Positions 22,792 to 31,847 of a DNA stretch of 64,000 nucleotides are shown here, one piece after another; position 1 is the stretch's first letter; every line of letters begins with the position of its first letter. Under the pieces are notes generated by a model. It was not told the DNA's origin and searched no databases. It worked only from the letters and a program-made list of their open reading frames with translations. The DNA comes from Candidatus Omnitrophota bacterium (GTDB lineage Bacteria > Omnitrophota > Gorgyraeia > Gygaellales > UBA12090): NCBI GenBank assembly GCA_030674475.1, contig JAUSCZ010000029.1, forward strand, positions 2,357 through 66,356, in the 5' to 3' direction. The position numbers and the translations under genes were made by a program.

Positions 22792-23178
22792 ATGAGAATT
22801 GAAGAAAACAGAAAGTTCGCGCGTTGGAATATCAGTCGTCCGGTGCGCTTTAGCCTGGCGGGTAAAGATAATGAGGAGGAGAAAATGGCCCTGCTTAAGG
22901 ATATCAGCTTCGCCGGGGCCCGGATGTCTCTCTTTGAAAGCCTGCGCCTGAATGATAAGCTGGATATGTTTTTGGAGATTCCGGATGAAGAACACGCCAT
23001 ACACTGCGAAGGAAAAGTAGTGTGGCAAAAGTCGCTTGAGGATATGAGTTCTCCACCATTCGCCTGCGGTTTGTCTTTTACCAGGATAAAAGACCAGGAT
23101 AAAGAAAAAATGTTTAAATATATGAGTCAGAACGCCACCGATGAAGTAAAGAAGAAATGGTGGGAAGGGGTAAAATAA
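22792..23178 (+). CDS. PilZ-domain protein, a second paralogue.
   Basis: RKFARW...DISFAGARMSL matches the RxxxR...D.S.GG PilZ signature. A GAGAGGGGG RBS precedes the ATG. Confidence 0.6.
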   Translation: MRIEENRKFARWNISRPVRFSLAGKDNEEEKMALLKDISFAGARMSLFESLRLNDKLDMFLEIPDEEHAIHCEGKVVWQKSLEDMSSPPFACGLSFTRIKDQDKEKMFKYMSQNATDEVKKKWWEGVK

Positions 23179-23340
23179 GTAGTTTCCACTGAAAAAGCAT
23201 GGAAACTATGATTACGGCGATTAAAAAGCAGATTACAGAGATTAAACCTTAGGCGATAAATCGCTGTAATCTTATTAAAAATCCTTGTAATCAAGTTCTT
23301 TCCCTTTGCGATAAACTCGGGAAAGAACTTAAAAATTAAG

Positions 23341-23369
23341 TTGACGAAGCGCTGGAATTATGGTAAATT
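23341..23369 (+). promoter_or_regulatory. Sigma-70-like promoter for the ABC-transporter/glycoside-hydrolase operon (TTGACG, 17-nt spacer, TAAATT).
   Basis: Hexamers and spacing; it lies downstream of a cluster of three hairpins at 23186-23333. Confidence 0.4.
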
Positions 23370-23488
23370 TTAGTAATATTCTTTGCTATGTTGTGAACAG
23401 TGACAGAAGGTAATTATTTAGTGGTGTATTAAAATGATTTATAAAGTATAAAATAACGGCTTACTAAAAGAAAGAGGAGTTTTGGGAT

Positions 23489-24829
23489 ATGATGGAAACA
23501 ACACCTAACAGAAGTAAGGGACTAAAAAGTTATTCAGGATTAGTTTTATTTTTTATTTTCTCTTTTATGTTTTTTGGGTGCGTTCCGAAAAAAGAAGAAT
23601 CTTTAACCGGAAAAACAGTTACTATCTGGCACTGGATGACTGATAGAGATCAGACCTTTCAGGAATTAGCCAGGAGGTATGAAGAGAAAACCGGAGTTAG
23701 GGTTGATTTTGAACTTTACGCTCCTTCGGATGCCTATTCCCAGAAGGTGCGGGCCGCGGCCCAGGGCGAGAATCTTCCCGATATCTTTGGCATCCTGGCC
23801 GAGAAGCGGGATTTCTCCTCTTTTGTCAAGGCCGGTTATGTGAGTGATTTGACCGCTTATATGAAGGAAAATAACGCTGAATGGGAAAAGAAATTTTTTC
23901 CCAAAGCCCTGGCAGTGAATGAATTCATAGAAGGGAATTCTTACGGCGTCCCAGCCGGGATATATGGAGTGCCTGTAGATGTAATGACCATAACGATGCT
24001 GTATAATAAAACCTTGTTTAAGGAATTGGGTTTAGACCCCAAGAGGCCGCCGGCAACCTGGAATGATTTCCTGGCTGTGGGAGAGAAAATAAAAGAGGCC
24101 AAGAAACAGGGCTTGGTCAGCGGCTGGGGTGAGATATGGATGATTGATTGTCTGGCCAGTAATTTTGCCTTTAATATTATGGGAAAGGATAAGTTTTTAG
24201 CTACTCTCCGGGGTGAAGTTCCTTATACTGACCCGGACTGGATCCGGGTTTTGACTTTATTCAAGGAAATGCAGGATAGCGGATTATTATATAACGGTTT
24301 GGTGAGTATGGTGAATAAGACCGCGGAACAAATCTTTGCCAATGAGAGGGCGGTCTTTGCCTTTAACGGCTCCTGGGGGGTTAACGTGTATGACGGGATG
24401 AACCCAAAATTGGATTATGGGGTGATGCTTCTTCCCAGGGTTTCAGATAAATTTCCGGTGAGTGTCTGGGGAGGGGCAGGTTCTTCCTTTATGGTTTATA
24501 ATAAGTCGAAAAATAAAGATGAAGCAATTAAGTTTTTAAAATGGCTGACTGAGAAAGAACAGCAGGTTTTCTTGGCCGCCCAGACCAAAAACCTTCCGGC
24601 CAACAAAGAGGCTATAGGTAATATTTCGCCGATAATGGCCCAATTTTCTTTAGGCCTGGAATACGCCACCCATCCTAATACCTGGGGATTTTCCGAGTCT
24701 TCCCAGGTAACCGAGGCCTTTGATAAAGGGGTGCAGTCAATAATCATCGGGGAAAAGACGCCGGAGCAGGTAGCCGGCGAAGCGCAGAAAATCAAGGAAC
24801 GGGAGTTAGCCAAGAAAAAGAGATTATAG
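23489..24829 (+). CDS. Sugar ABC transporter substrate-binding lipoprotein (solute-binding family 1).
   Basis: A lipoprotein signal peptide (...FMFFGC) and the fold-family hallmarks of MalE/UgpB-like substrate-binding proteins. Two permease genes follow. Confidence 0.85.
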   Translation: MMETTPNRSKGLKSYSGLVLFFIFSFMFFGCVPKKEESLTGKTVTIWHWMTDRDQTFQELARRYEEKTGVRVDFELYAPSDAYSQKVRAAAQGENLPDIFGILAEKRDFSSFVKAGYVSDLTAYMKENNAEWEKKFFPKALAVNEFIEGNSYGVPAGIYGVPVDVMTITMLYNKTLFKELGLDPKRPPATWNDFLAVGEKIKEAKKQGLVSGWGEIWMIDCLASNFAFNIMGKDKFLATLRGEVPYTDPDWIRVLTLFKEMQDSGLLYNGLVSMVNKTAEQIFANERAVFAFNGSWGVNVYDGMNPKLDYGVMLLPRVSDKFPVSVWGGAGSSFMVYNKSKNKDEAIKFLKWLTEKEQQVFLAAQTKNLPANKEAIGNISPIMAQFSLGLEYATHPNTWGFSESSQVTEAFDKGVQSIIIGEKTPEQVAGEAQKIKERELAKKKRL

Positions 24830-24843
24830 AATAACGAACACCG

Positions 24844-24897
24844 AACAAGGAATATCGAATGATGCCTGCCGGCAGGCGAAATTCATCATTCCTTGTT
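24844..24897 (+). terminator. Nested hairpin after the substrate-binding-protein gene. The inner stem is a perfect GC palindrome, gcctgccggcaggc.
   Basis: aacaaggaat...gcctgcc ggcaggc...attccttgtt. The downstream T-run is weak. Confidence 0.35.
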
Positions 24898-24929
24898 TAA
24901 TATTCAAAGAGCCCGCAGCTTACGAAATA

Positions 24930-25820
24930 ATGAAAATTAAACTCAAATCCGCTTTAGAGAATTACCTTTTTGTCCTCCCTGCCTTTGTTATTTTCTCTAT
25001 TTTTTATATTTATCCTTTTTCTCAGGTGTTTTTCTTAGGGTTGTATGAGTGGGACGGTATTTTACCGACCAAGACCTTTGTGGGTTTAAGTAATTTTAAG
25101 GATATATTTTTCTCTGACCCGATTTGGTGGAAGTCAATGCTTCAGGCCGGCTGGATTACCATAATTGCCCTGATCTTTCAGAATGTCCTGGCTTTTCTCC
25201 TGGCTTGGGCCTGCGATAGAGAGATAAAACTTAAAAACTGGTACCGGTTGATTTTTTTCCTGCCGCCTATTCTTTCCGAGGTGGTGGTGGGTTTGGTCTG
25301 GCAGTGGATTTTGGAGGGCAATTACGGGTTGTTAAACAGCTGGCTGAATAATTTAGGGTTAGCCCATTTAACCCGGAATTGGCTGAACGATCCCAAAACC
25401 GCCCTTAACTGCGTGGCTATTGTGCACTGTTGGAAGGGTTTTGGTTGGGGATTTCTGATATTCCTGGCCGGCCTGCAGACCATACCCCGAGAACTTTATG
25501 AGGCGGCCAGGGTTGACGGAGCTAGTTCCTGGACAGCCTTTAGAAAGATCACTCTTCCTTTAATGGTTCCGGTGGCCATCTTAGTGGCCATACTTACTAT
25601 ATTAGGCACAATGCAAGCCTTTGTCTTGATAATTGCCATGACCGGAGGCGGCCCGGCCTATCATACCCAGGTGCCGGTTTTAAGGATCCTGGCCTCAATG
25701 CGGGATTCCGGGCGTTTCGGATATGCCTGCGCCCAGGGAATTGTCTTTGGGATTATTTTAGTAGCTGTTTCTTTTATCCAATACCGCTTCTCCAAGAGAA
25801 GCCAGGCCCGAGGCGCGTAA
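24930..25820 (+). CDS. Sugar ABC transporter permease (MalF/UgpA-like).
   Basis: Six predicted transmembrane segments and the EAA loop EAARVDGASSWTAFRKITLPLM. Confidence 0.85.
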   Translation: MKIKLKSALENYLFVLPAFVIFSIFYIYPFSQVFFLGLYEWDGILPTKTFVGLSNFKDIFFSDPIWWKSMLQAGWITIIALIFQNVLAFLLAWACDREIKLKNWYRLIFFLPPILSEVVVGLVWQWILEGNYGLLNSWLNNLGLAHLTRNWLNDPKTALNCVAIVHCWKGFGWGFLIFLAGLQTIPRELYEAARVDGASSWTAFRKITLPLMVPVAILVAILTILGTMQAFVLIIAMTGGGPAYHTQVPVLRILASMRDSGRFGYACAQGIVFGIILVAVSFIQYRFSKRSQARGA

Positions 25821-25878
25821 AAACAGAGCTAAGAACTAAGAGTTAAGAGCTAAGAAAAATAATAAAAGCGACCAAATC

Positions 25879-26727
25879 ATGAAAAATCCTTTATATTATA
25901 AGACTAAGAACATAGCGGTTAATACTGTTATCCATATTTTTCTGCTTACGATAGCAGTAAGCTGCGTCTTCCCTCTTTTATGGATGATTGGCTCCAGCCT
26001 CAAAACTCAGAGCACTATATTTTCTGATGTCTCTTTGATTCCCCGTCAGATGCATTGGGAGAATTATTATATCGCCTGGAAAGAAGGCGGCTTCGGCCGG
26101 TATTTTCTGAACAGCATTTTTTATACCACGGCGGTAGTCATCGGGATAATCGTGGTCTCTTCTTTAGCGGCTTATGCCTTTTCCCGTTTTAATTTCCGGG
26201 GAAAAAATCTGATGTTTTACTCCTTTATGGCGGCGATGATGATACCTATTCCGGGAAGCTTTGTTCCTTTATATGTCCTTTTGAATAAACTGCATTTGAG
26301 GAATACCCAGTTAGGCTATATTCTCTGTATGATAAATGTGGGGCTATCCACCAGCATATTCTTGTTCAAGACTTTTTTTGACAAAATGCCCCGGGAGCTT
26401 GAGGACGCCGCCAGGATTGACGGCTGCACCAAGTTCGGGATATGGTGGAATGTGGCCTTGCCTTTAGCCAAGCCGGTTCTGGCGGTGGTCGTGGTTTTTA
26501 ACGCTCTTAATGTCTGGAATGAGTATTTACTGGCCTTGCTGATTTTTGACAGCCGCTCTCTTATGCCTCTACAGGTGGCCTTAATGACCTTTCAGGGAGA
26601 GTATATTACCCGTTATCATCTTTTGATGGCCGGCCTGACCATAACCGCCATACCCATAATTATTGTCTATTGTCTGATGCAGAAATATATCGTCAAAGGC
26701 GTGACCCAAGGGGCGATTGTAGGATGA
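25879..26727 (+). CDS. Sugar ABC transporter permease (MalG/UgpE-like).
   Basis: EAA loop EDAARIDGCTKFGIWWNVALPLAKP. Confidence 0.85.
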   Translation: MKNPLYYKTKNIAVNTVIHIFLLTIAVSCVFPLLWMIGSSLKTQSTIFSDVSLIPRQMHWENYYIAWKEGGFGRYFLNSIFYTTAVVIGIIVVSSLAAYAFSRFNFRGKNLMFYSFMAAMMIPIPGSFVPLYVLLNKLHLRNTQLGYILCMINVGLSTSIFLFKTFFDKMPRELEDAARIDGCTKFGIWWNVALPLAKPVLAVVVVFNALNVWNEYLLALLIFDSRSLMPLQVALMTFQGEYITRYHLLMAGLTITAIPIIIVYCLMQKYIVKGVTQGAIVG

Positions 26728-29138
26728 GATTTAAATTCAAAATTCAAAATTCAAAATTCAAAATAAATTTAAATGCCAAATATCAAAACTTAAATCAAAG
26801 ATTTTGTCATTTGTCATTTGTGCTTTGTCATTATTTTGTCATTTGTGCTTTGTCATTTGTCATTAATCCTATAACTTCTTTCGCTGAAGATAAAACCTCT
26901 TCTGAACTTATCACCAAGGCCTGGGCGGCGCAGGGGGAGAAAAAATTTGAAGCGGTATTTCAATACACTCAGGAGTGTATTGATCTTTATAAAGAGCAGG
27001 CAGATAAGGAGCATTCGGCCTTAAAGGATTATCCGGCTAAAGAACAGGCCCCTCTATCTGATGTGGCAGTGGCTTATTTTATCCAGGCCGAGGCCCTGAT
27101 GCGCCAGGGAAAGCTTAAGGAGGCCAAGGAAAAGTTTCAGTTTGTGGTTGAGCATTACCGTTACGCGGTGGCCTGGGACCCTTCCCGGGGAATTTACTGG
27201 AAGGTGGCCGGGGTAGCCAAGGAAAGCCTTGATAAAATCAATGCCCAGCTTGGCGGACAGGCCAAGGAACCAAAAGAGCCGGTTAAGCCTAAAGGCCCTA
27301 AGACTTCAATTACCCTTTATGATGCCGGGACCGAAGAGGTGGTTAACTACGAGAAATACGGCGAATTCACCAATATAGGAAGCAAAGAATATAAGTATAT
27401 AATTAAAGATCAGGAGGGCTTATCCCGGGCAGTCGGGGAGGGAATATATCCTAATACTACCTCAGTCAGGTGGGATCCCAACTTCCAAAAATTGAAAAAG
27501 GATAAGCGTATGGCAGGCTCGCATTGGGATTTTGTGAATTCACCGGATTTAGAAGCGGCTTTTTTAAAATGGGCCTCCTCCACCGAGCCGGAGGGGGTCC
27601 GGCTTTACTATACCGGATTGATCTTAGAAAAAAGCGGCTTGCTTAAATCCGCAATCAAGGCTTATTATTCAATCGTGGCGCATTATCCCGGGGCTATAGG
27701 CTGGACCTATTGGCATACCCCCTGGTATGTGGGCCAGGCGGCAATTGCCAAAATAAACTTTCTTCTCAGGCGGCATCCGGAATTAGGCCTAAGGCTAAGT
27801 GAGGCCAGGATCCGTATTGTGAACGGCTATGATAACGATATAAGTAATGACATTATTATTACCAATCCGGGTAAATTAGAAAAGATTTCGGTTCAGACCG
27901 CTAATATCTTAAGTAAGGTTAAGGATGCCTTTGGTAAGCTCACCCGGAAGAAAGAAATCAAAAAGACTGTCGGTGAAGGGAAGGTTAAGTTAGTACAGTA
28001 TCAGGATTCTTCCTGGCAGGTCTTAGTGGATGGCGAGCCTTTTGTGGTTAAGGCCCTTACCTATGCCCCAACAAGAATAGGCCAGTCGCCGGATGAAGGG
28101 ACGCTGGGTAATTGGATGAGAGAGGATTTTAACCAGAACGGCAAGATTGACGGCCCTTATGACAGCTATTTAGAGGATAGTCCGGGTAAGCCAGAGGGCG
28201 ATGGTTTGCTTTCCGATAGGCAAAGCCATAAGCCGGTCGGTGATTTTCAACTGATGAAGTATATGGGAGTAAATTCCATCCGGCTCTATCACCACCCTAA
28301 GGAAATCAATAAAGAATTGCTCCGGGATTTATACCACACCTACGGGATAAGGGTGATGATTGGAGATTTCCTGGGGAAATACGCCCTGGGTTCAGGCGCT
28401 CCCTGGAATCCCGGCACCGACTACCGCAACCCCGAACACCAAAAAAATATGCTGGAGTCGGTCCGGAAAATGGTTGAGGAATTTAAAGATGAGCCTTATG
28501 TTTTATTCTGGATTCTGGGAAATGAGAATGTCTATGGAGTGGCTTGTAACGCGGATAAAGATCCGGAGGGTTTTTTTAAATTTGCCAATCAGGCCGCGCT
28601 TTTAATAAAATCTTTGGATAAGGATCATCCGGTGGCCATTGCCAGTGGGGATGTCATATACCTGGACCGTTTTGCCAAGTTTTCGCCGGATGTGGATATA
28701 TTTGGCAGTAATGTGTACCGCGGTGATTACGGCTTCGGAAGCCTCTGGTATTCGGTGAAGGAAGAGGCGGATAAACCGGTTATGCTCACTGAATTCGGCT
28801 GTCCGGCTTATGCTGAAGGCCTCACTCAGGAAGAGGCGGAAGAGGCCCAGGCTAATTATCACAAGGGAGCCTGGGAGGATATTCTCTGTAATATGAATGT
28901 TAACTGCGGCTCGGGAAACTCTATCGGCGGGATAGCCTTTGAGTTTATGGATGAATGGTGGAAGGCTTACGAGCCCTCAAAGCACGATACCAAAGGTTTT
29001 TTTTCCGGGCCTTTTCCGGATGGATATATGCATGAGGAGTGGCTGGGAATAGTGTCTCAGGCCGACGGCAAGGACAGTCCTTTTAAGAGGCACTTGCGCA
29101 AAAGCTATTATATGTATCAGAAGGCCTGGGAAGAGTAG
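26724..29138 (+). CDS. Secreted glycoside hydrolase, GH-A clan TIM barrel (GH5/GH2-like). The proposed ATG at 26724 overlaps the upstream TGA (ATGA coupling); the ORF track gives a TTG at 26670.
   Basis: WILGNENVYG (acid/base NE) and MLTEFGCPAY (nucleophile E) are about 90 aa apart, and a signal-peptide-like N-terminus ends in SFA-ED. The gene is paralogous to 30546-31847. Confidence 0.65.
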   Translation: MRFKFKIQNSKFKINLNAKYQNLNQRFCHLSFVLCHYFVICALSFVINPITSFAEDKTSSELITKAWAAQGEKKFEAVFQYTQECIDLYKEQADKEHSALKDYPAKEQAPLSDVAVAYFIQAEALMRQGKLKEAKEKFQFVVEHYRYAVAWDPSRGIYWKVAGVAKESLDKINAQLGGQAKEPKEPVKPKGPKTSITLYDAGTEEVVNYEKYGEFTNIGSKEYKYIIKDQEGLSRAVGEGIYPNTTSVRWDPNFQKLKKDKRMAGSHWDFVNSPDLEAAFLKWASSTEPEGVRLYYTGLILEKSGLLKSAIKAYYSIVAHYPGAIGWTYWHTPWYVGQAAIAKINFLLRRHPELGLRLSEARIRIVNGYDNDISNDIIITNPGKLEKISVQTANILSKVKDAFGKLTRKKEIKKTVGEGKVKLVQYQDSSWQVLVDGEPFVVKALTYAPTRIGQSPDEGTLGNWMREDFNQNGKIDGPYDSYLEDSPGKPEGDGLLSDRQSHKPVGDFQLMKYMGVNSIRLYHHPKEINKELLRDLYHTYGIRVMIGDFLGKYALGSGAPWNPGTDYRNPEHQKNMLESVRKMVEEFKDEPYVLFWILGNENVYGVACNADKDPEGFFKFANQAALLIKSLDKDHPVAIASGDVIYLDRFAKFSPDVDIFGSNVYRGDYGFGSLWYSVKEEADKPVMLTEFGCPAYAEGLTQEEAEEAQANYHKGAWEDILCNMNVNCGSGNSIGGIAFEFMDEWWKAYEPSKHDTKGFFSGPFPDGYMHEEWLGIVSQADGKDSPFKRHLRKSYYMYQKAWEE
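26733..26764 (+). repeat. Heptanucleotide tandem repeat (AAATTCA) of about 4.6 copies, 9 nt downstream of the glycoside-hydrolase start codon.
   Basis: aaattcaaaattcaaaattcaaaattcaaaat. The unit length is not a multiple of 3. Confidence 0.9.
26795..26856 (+). repeat. Heptanucleotide-based tandem array (TTTGTCA/TTTGTGC) of about 8 copies in the signal-peptide coding region of the glycoside hydrolase.
   Basis: tttgtcatttgtcatttgtgctttgtcat tatt ttgtcatttgtgctttgtcatttgtcat. Confidence 0.85.
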
Positions 29139-29359
29139 TGGCAGGCCTATGTGCCTGCCCAAAAGGTAATGGCTTGCCCTGTCTCGTAAGACTCCGCTGT
29201 CGGCGGGGCAACGGCGGGGATAATTGGTTTTCCCTTGCGTAAACGCTCGTAAATTTCTACGAAATTTACTTCGCACGCTTCGGGATTAATTCGCACAGTG
29301 ACTTACGTTCACTCGCTTCGCTCGTTCCGTAAGTCACGTGCTCATTAGGAGGAAGTAAA

Positions 29360-30553
29360 ATGAGTAAGAAGATGTTAGTTGTTATGGTGGGTTTTTTGGC
29401 AGTTGCTAATCTTTGCCGGGCGGCTGAAGAGGCGGCTGTCCCCGCGGCAGTTAGTAAAACAGCGGTTAGTCAGGCGAAAGAGGCCGGCAAGAATTTTAAG
29501 GTTTATACCGATAGGCAGACTTCGGATAACCATTATGCCCCTTCCGGGTGGATGGGCGATGTCGCCGATATTAAAATTAACGACCAGTCAACCGATAATC
29601 CTCACAGTGGAACAACCGCTATTCAGTTTGTGTATAGCGCTAAAAAATCTCAAGGCCAGGGTTGGGCGGGCGTGTATTGGCAGAATCCAGCCAACAATTG
29701 GGGCTCTAAAAAAGGTGGATTTGATTTAACCGGAATGACCAAACTTTCCTTCTGGGCCAGAGGGCAAAAAGGGGGAGAGATAATCCAGAAAGTTAAGGTT
29801 GGGGGAATCAAGGGCGTCTATCCGGATACCGCTGAGATAGAATCCGGCCCGATAGAGCTTACGGACAGCTGGCAGGAATATACCATTAATCTGGTGGATA
29901 AGGATCTTTCCTATATCAGCGGTGGTTTTTCCTGGGTGGTTACTGCCGATCAAAATCCGGAAGGGGCCACATTCTTTCTGGATGATCTAAAATTTGAGGC
30001 TGATATATCGGTAAAAGCGGCCAAGAAAGAAGCGCAAAAGATGCCTTTTTATGTTTTTGCCGACCGGCGTTCGGTGGGAAATCATTTTATTCCTTCCGGC
30101 TGGATGGGCGATTACGGGGATATTAAAATAGATACCGGATGGAAAGACAATCCTTATATGGGAGATACCTGTATTAAGATTACCTACAGCGGTAAAAATT
30201 CACAAGGGGCCCGCTGGGCCGGGATGTATTGGCAGAATCCTCCGAATAACTGGGGTTCTATTGATGGCGGTTATGATTTAAGCTCCTCCAGTAAGGTTAC
30301 TTTTTGGGCCAGGGGCGATAAGGGCGGAGAAAGAATTGAAGAGTTTAAGATCGGCGGGATTATGGGTGAGTTTTCAGACACGGATATCGCCTCAGTCGGC
30401 CCGGTGATTTTAACCAAAGAATGGCAGCAGTATTCCATTGATTTAAAAGGCAAAGACATTTCCTATATTAGCGGCGGTTTTTGTTGGGCTACCAATGTGG
30501 ATGTAAATCCAGAAGGGGCCGTATTTTATCTTGATGAAATAAAGTATGAGTAA
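29360..30553 (+). CDS. Secreted protein with two tandem beta-sandwich domains of about 185 aa each, likely carbohydrate-binding-module-like.
   Basis: A signal peptide is present. There is an internal duplication (FKVYTDRQTSDNHYAPSGWMGD...FFLDDLKFE versus FYVFADRRSVGNHFIPSGWMGD...FYLDEIKYE). Glycoside-hydrolase genes flank it. Confidence 0.55.
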   Translation: MSKKMLVVMVGFLAVANLCRAAEEAAVPAAVSKTAVSQAKEAGKNFKVYTDRQTSDNHYAPSGWMGDVADIKINDQSTDNPHSGTTAIQFVYSAKKSQGQGWAGVYWQNPANNWGSKKGGFDLTGMTKLSFWARGQKGGEIIQKVKVGGIKGVYPDTAEIESGPIELTDSWQEYTINLVDKDLSYISGGFSWVVTADQNPEGATFFLDDLKFEADISVKAAKKEAQKMPFYVFADRRSVGNHFIPSGWMGDYGDIKIDTGWKDNPYMGDTCIKITYSGKNSQGARWAGMYWQNPPNNWGSIDGGYDLSSSSKVTFWARGDKGGERIEEFKIGGIMGEFSDTDIASVGPVILTKEWQQYSIDLKGKDISYISGGFCWATNVDVNPEGAVFYLDEIKYE

Positions 30554-31847
30554 TGAAAACATAGAGTACAGAGTACAGAGTACAGAGTACAGGAAGAAAA
30601 AAATAAAATCTTTCTGTTCTCTGTTCTCTGTTCTCTGTTCTCTGTTTTTACTGGGGATGGCCTCTCGGCCGCTTCCTGAAGTTCGAATCCGCAAGCTGAA
30701 AAATAACGCTTACCAGTTATTAGTTAAAAATAAACCTTATTTTATTAAAGGGGTGTGTTATTCGCCTGTTCCGATAGGCCAGGGGCACGAGTATGATTTC
30801 TGGTCTGATCCCGCGGAACCCTGGAAGATAGACGGCAAGCTGATGCAAGAGATGGGGATAAATACCGTGCGTTTTTATCAGCTTCCCGGGAATCCGGATA
30901 GCGCTAAAAAGGTCATTAATGATTTGTATCAGCTTTATGGAATCCGTTCCATATTAGGTAATTGGCTGGGTTTCTGGGAATATCCCTGCCCGAGATACGC
31001 GGATAAAGACTTTCAGGAAAAAGTTAAAAAAGATGTTTTAGATATGGTGAGGATTTATAAGGATGAGCCCGGGGTTCTCTTATGGATTCTGGGAAACGAG
31101 AATAATTATTCATTTTCGGAAAGGGTAAATTCGTGGGGTTCACCGGAAATTGACGCGATTACCGATGTCCGAAAACGCTGTGATATCCGGGCGGGAATTT
31201 ATTATAGCTTTGTTAATGAATTAGCCAAGGAGATACATCTGATTGACTCTCAGCATCCGGTGGCTTTGGGTAACGGGGAATTAATTTCTTTGGATGCGGC
31301 TAATCAGGTTTGCCCGGACATTGATTTGGTGGCGCTTATTGTGTATCGGGGAAAGACCTTCGGTAACCTTTTTAAGTCTTTGAGGGCGACTTTTGATAAG
31401 CCGCTTTTGATTAGTGAATTTGGCGCCGACAGTTATGATGCCTACCTTAAAAAAGAAGACCAAAACGCGCAGGCGCTCTTTTTAGAGTCCCAATGGAGAG
31501 AAATTTTTAAACATTCATATCCGAATAAAGAGGGAGCCCAGAATTGTTTAGGCGCGACGATGTTTGAATGGACGGATGAATGGTGGAAGCACGATGAGGC
31601 TTCTCCGGAGAGCTGGAAAATTCAGGATACCGAAAGCAACTGGTCAAACGGGAGTTATTACTTTGACATTAAGGCTGAGCGGAATATGAATATGAACGAG
31701 GAGTGGTTTGGTATCGCGGCCTTATCTGAAGAGCGTGAGAACGGCACAAATAAAAGGGTTTTGCGCAAGGCCTATTATGTCTTAAGGGAATTCTGGAAAA
31801 ACCCGGTTTTAAATCATAAGGACAGAAAGAAGATTAAATCCAAATGA
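30546..31847 (+). CDS. Secreted glycoside hydrolase, GH-A clan, a paralogue of 26724-29138 (catalytic domain only).
   Basis: WILGNENNY and LLISEFGADSY; about 35-40% identity to the first glycoside hydrolase across the barrel. The ATG overlaps the upstream TAA. Confidence 0.65.
   Translation: MSNENIEYRVQSTEYRKKKIKSFCSLFSVLCSLFLLGMASRPLPEVRIRKLKNNAYQLLVKNKPYFIKGVCYSPVPIGQGHEYDFWSDPAEPWKIDGKLMQEMGINTVRFYQLPGNPDSAKKVINDLYQLYGIRSILGNWLGFWEYPCPRYADKDFQEKVKKDVLDMVRIYKDEPGVLLWILGNENNYSFSERVNSWGSPEIDAITDVRKRCDIRAGIYYSFVNELAKEIHLIDSQHPVALGNGELISLDAANQVCPDIDLVALIVYRGKTFGNLFKSLRATFDKPLLISEFGADSYDAYLKKEDQNAQALFLESQWREIFKHSYPNKEGAQNCLGATMFEWTDEWWKHDEASPESWKIQDTESNWSNGSYYFDIKAERNMNMNEEWFGIAALSEERENGTNKRVLRKAYYVLREFWKNPVLNHKDRKKIKSK
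30563..30583 (+). repeat. Heptanucleotide tandem repeat (AGAGTAC, 3 copies) 17 nt downstream of the start codon of the second glycoside hydrolase.
   Basis: agagtacagagtacagagtac, followed by an A7 run. Confidence 0.85.
30606..30640 (+). repeat. Heptanucleotide tandem repeat (TCTGTTC, 5 copies) in the signal-peptide region of the second glycoside hydrolase.
   Basis: tctgttctctgttctctgttctctgttctctgttt. Confidence 0.85.

Noticed and set aside
26670-26723. The ORF-track starts at 26670 (TTG), 36796, 51728, 60671 and 62386 for the glycoside-hydrolase, ROK, histidine-kinase, ZnuA-like and ZnuB-like genes.
   Set aside because: These are the first alternative start codons in frame. They overlap upstream genes or operators and lack an RBS. 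Downstream ATGs with Shine-Dalgarno sequences (26724, 36829, 51758, 60719, 62407) are more plausible.
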